Assembly: GCF_030296715.1 (NCBI RefSeq)
Contig: NZ_AP027738.1
Location: 1,892,026 to 1,956,025, forward strand
DNA length: 64,000 bases
Direction of reading: 5' to 3'
From: Methanobacterium ferruginis
GTDB lineage: Archaea; Methanobacteriota; Methanobacteria; Methanobacteriales; Methanobacteriaceae
Position 1 is the stretch's first letter; every line of letters starts with the position of its first letter. The notes beneath the pieces were generated by a model. The model worked only from the letters and a program-made list of their open reading frames with translations, did no database searches and was not told where the DNA came from. This document shows positions 61,247 through 64,000 of this stretch, one piece after another. The translations under genes and the position numbers were made by a program.

Positions 61247-62481
61247 TTACAGATCACTATCTCCAGCAACGTAGCCAGTTGAAAATGCCTGCTGCAGATT
61301 ATAGCCACCTCTACGACCGCAACCAGCAATTATCTCCCCTGCAAAATATAATCCCTTAACCAGTTTTGATTCCATGGTCCTGGGATCTATTTCCTTCTTG
61401 GACACACCACCACAAGTAACCATGGCCTTATTTAAGGGAAGATGTCCGTTAATGGTTAAAGGCAGTGCTTTCAATGTTTCCTGCAACTTTAACCTCTCTT
61501 TTTTGGTGATCTGATTCAATTTTTTTCTGGATCAATAGGTATGTTATTTAAAATAGGAATAATGGTACTGTTGGGAAGGTGGATTTTCAGATAATTTTTT
61601 ACACTCTTCTTTGTATGCTTCTGGAAATCATCCATTAACTGAGCACCCAGGTTTTCAACTTTGAGTCCTGGTTTAAAGTCAATATAAAGCTTCAAATCCC
61701 CATGTTTCCCCATAAGTCCAACAATATCATGGCTCATGTCAAGAATTACAGGTCCTGAAACACCAAAATGGGTTAAAAGAAGGTTCCCCTGTGGTAAAGA
61801 TATCTTTTTACCACCATAACCTATACTTAACCCTACATTTTCCAGGGTAACTCCTTTTAATCTATGAACCCATTCGTCACGTGTTCGCAAGGGAACACCA
61901 CCCGGTTTAAGCTCTGTAACCTGATGTCCTAATAATTCTGCAATAGTTAAACCATCACCAGTTGACCCGGTAAAACCATAGGTTACCCCACCTGTGGCCA
62001 GGATAACTTTATGAGCAGTGACTAATTCATTATCTGTTGAAGATAATTTGAAAATCTTAGATCTCTTGTGAAGGTGTTTCAGGCGATAATTATAAAGAAT
62101 TCTAACCCGGTATTCATCTAAAACATTTATTAAAACATCAACTACTGATTCGGCTTTTTCTGTAATGGGAAATACACGTCCTTCTTCTTCCTCTTTTAAT
62201 TCCAGGTCATGAGTTTTGAAAAAATCCATTAAATCATGGTTGGAAAATTTACTGAAGGCATCCCGGTAAAAAGAACCTCTTTTACCGAATTTTTCCATAA
62301 AAACTTTAATTGAGGCAGTGTTGGTAAGGTTACATCTACCATTAGCAGTTAAAAGTAGTTTGTGACCTATTTTTTCATTCCTCTCCAGGAGAATTACCTT
62401 TTTCCCCAGTTGAGACGCGCGGATAGCGGCCATACAACCTGCGGGTCCACCTCCGACTACAGCGATATCATAAATTTTCAT
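61247..62481 (-). CDS. HI0933-like FAD-dependent oxidoreductase (YhiN family), split into 321-aa and 90-aa ORFs at a T7 run
   Basis: MKIYDIAVVGGGPAGCMAAIRAS is the FAD-binding GxGxxG. The C-terminal ORF has GLYFAGEIIAGCGRRGGYNLQQAFSTGYVAG, the family's C-terminal signature. The two frames overlap by 4 nt at 61516-61519, next to ttttttt. Confidence 0.6.
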
Positions 62482-62577
62482 AGTAAATCACATATTAGTT
62501 AAATGTTGGGTATAAAAATCATTCCCTATCCTTCCATAATCCCATATATATTCTAATGTCCTATAACTCTACATCAT

Positions 62578-62702
62578 TCTAATTCTATATTATTTTACTA
62601 AATCTTATAGCTTTTACAGAATTTTATAGCTATTTCAATTCCGTATTATTTTACTAAATTTTATAGCTTTTACAGGATCCTATAGCCATCCTAATTCCAT
62701 AT
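62578..62702. repeat. about 62-bp imperfect tandem repeat (about 2.3 copies) in the intergenic region upstream of the oxidoreductase
   Basis: aattctatattattttactaaatcttatagcttttacagaattttatagctatttcaattcc is followed by a near-identical copy. Confidence 0.6.
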
Positions 62703-62869
62703 TATTCTAATAATTCTACGTCATTCCACTAATTCCATATCTTACTGTATCATATCACTAAAACAGGGGATAGATTAAGGCAGTTGAAATTTCAGATTTT
62801 TATATGAAATTAATTTATAGAAATCTGTTTTTATCAAAATAGATCTTTATTTATTTTTAACATGAAACC

Positions 62870-63130
62870 CTATTCGAGGGAACCTAATCCTACATGAACG
62901 GATATTTCAACTATATTAAGCATCATCCTAGTTTGAGGGCCCACAATTCCATCAACAACAATATTATGGTTTGTTTGAAATCCATTAACAGCTTCTTCTG
63001 TCATATCCCCAAAAACACCATCAACAAGACCCAGATAATGCCCATAATCCCTCAAACATAATTGCAAAGCAGTAACATCTTTCTCCCCACCATTATCCAC
63101 ATCCCCCTTTTTTAGAAATAGTCTAGCCAT
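62870..63130 (-). CDS. stand-alone PG_binding_1-like (cell-wall binding) domain protein, 86 aa
   Basis: LQLCLRDYGHYLGLVDGVFGDMTEEAVNGFQTNHNIVVDGIVGPQTRMML matches L..LGy..g.vDG.FG..T..AV..FQ...gL..DGivG..T. Confidence 0.55.
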   Translation of the reverse strand: MARLFLKKGDVDNGGEKDVTALQLCLRDYGHYLGLVDGVFGDMTEEAVNGFQTNHNIVVDGIVGPQTRMMLNIVEISVHVGLGSLE

Positions 63131-63321
63131 GCTACTACCTCATTATAATTTAGTATATACTATATTCATTATTAACTCCTATTTAAATATAATAGTTATA
63201 GTTATCATAGTATTAAACCAAAGCCTAAAAATGAAGAGGTATTGGATCGGAAATTATGCAAAAAATAAGAGAAAAAAGGAAGTAGAATATTTAAACAACC
63301 GTTAAATAAAGGTTGTTAAAC

Positions 63322-64000
<679 letters not shown>

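Overview
This is an AT-rich window (about 33% GC overall) that looks euryarchaeal, most likely Methanobacteriales. The evidence for that is a PeiW/PeiP-like pseudomurein endoisopeptidase, a giant beta-helix adhesin-like protein, and an archaeal class II AspRS. The window is mostly accessory DNA.

- **Integrase module, 75-2031.** A tyrosine recombinase gene sits between two imperfect direct repeats, each a copy of the 3' end of a small SAM-methyltransferase-like gene. A third copy, the frameshifted 5' part, lies at 54.8 kb.
- **Low-GC cargo, 2-18 kb.** This holds a HEPN-motif protein, three tandem RHH-like paralogs, a 4-gene island at about 50% GC with a Cys/His-rich protein, DNA-binding proteins, two membrane proteins and an 8-kb adhesin-like gene carrying exact internal repeats.
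- **Siphovirus-like prophage, about 18.6-50.6 kb.** It carries TFB-like fragments, a ParB-like nuclease domain protein, a tRNA-like gene, TerS/TerL, portal, a Mu-F/gp7-like head morphogenesis protein, capsid, tail, a chaperone with an A_AAA_AAC -1 slippery site, tape measure, baseplate/fibre proteins and a Pei-like lysin. The prophage is interrupted by several morons:
  - a stand-alone SIR2_2-family protein;
  - a membrane protein between the portal and head genes;
  - a 4-gene antisense cassette with a PD-(D/E)xK-like 581-aa protein, inserted between the chaperone and the tape measure;
  - secreted lipoproteins.
- **51-54.5 kb.** A DUF4258-like toxin candidate precedes a 592-aa protein, followed by two unknowns.
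- **55-64 kb.** Host-like genes: a frameshifted DUF1211 membrane protein, a PAS histidine kinase, secreted proteins, a split HI0933-like flavoprotein, a stand-alone PG-binding domain and a partial AspRS.

No CRISPR array or rRNA gene is visible. All functional calls rest on motifs read by eye and on gene order; none was checked against a database.
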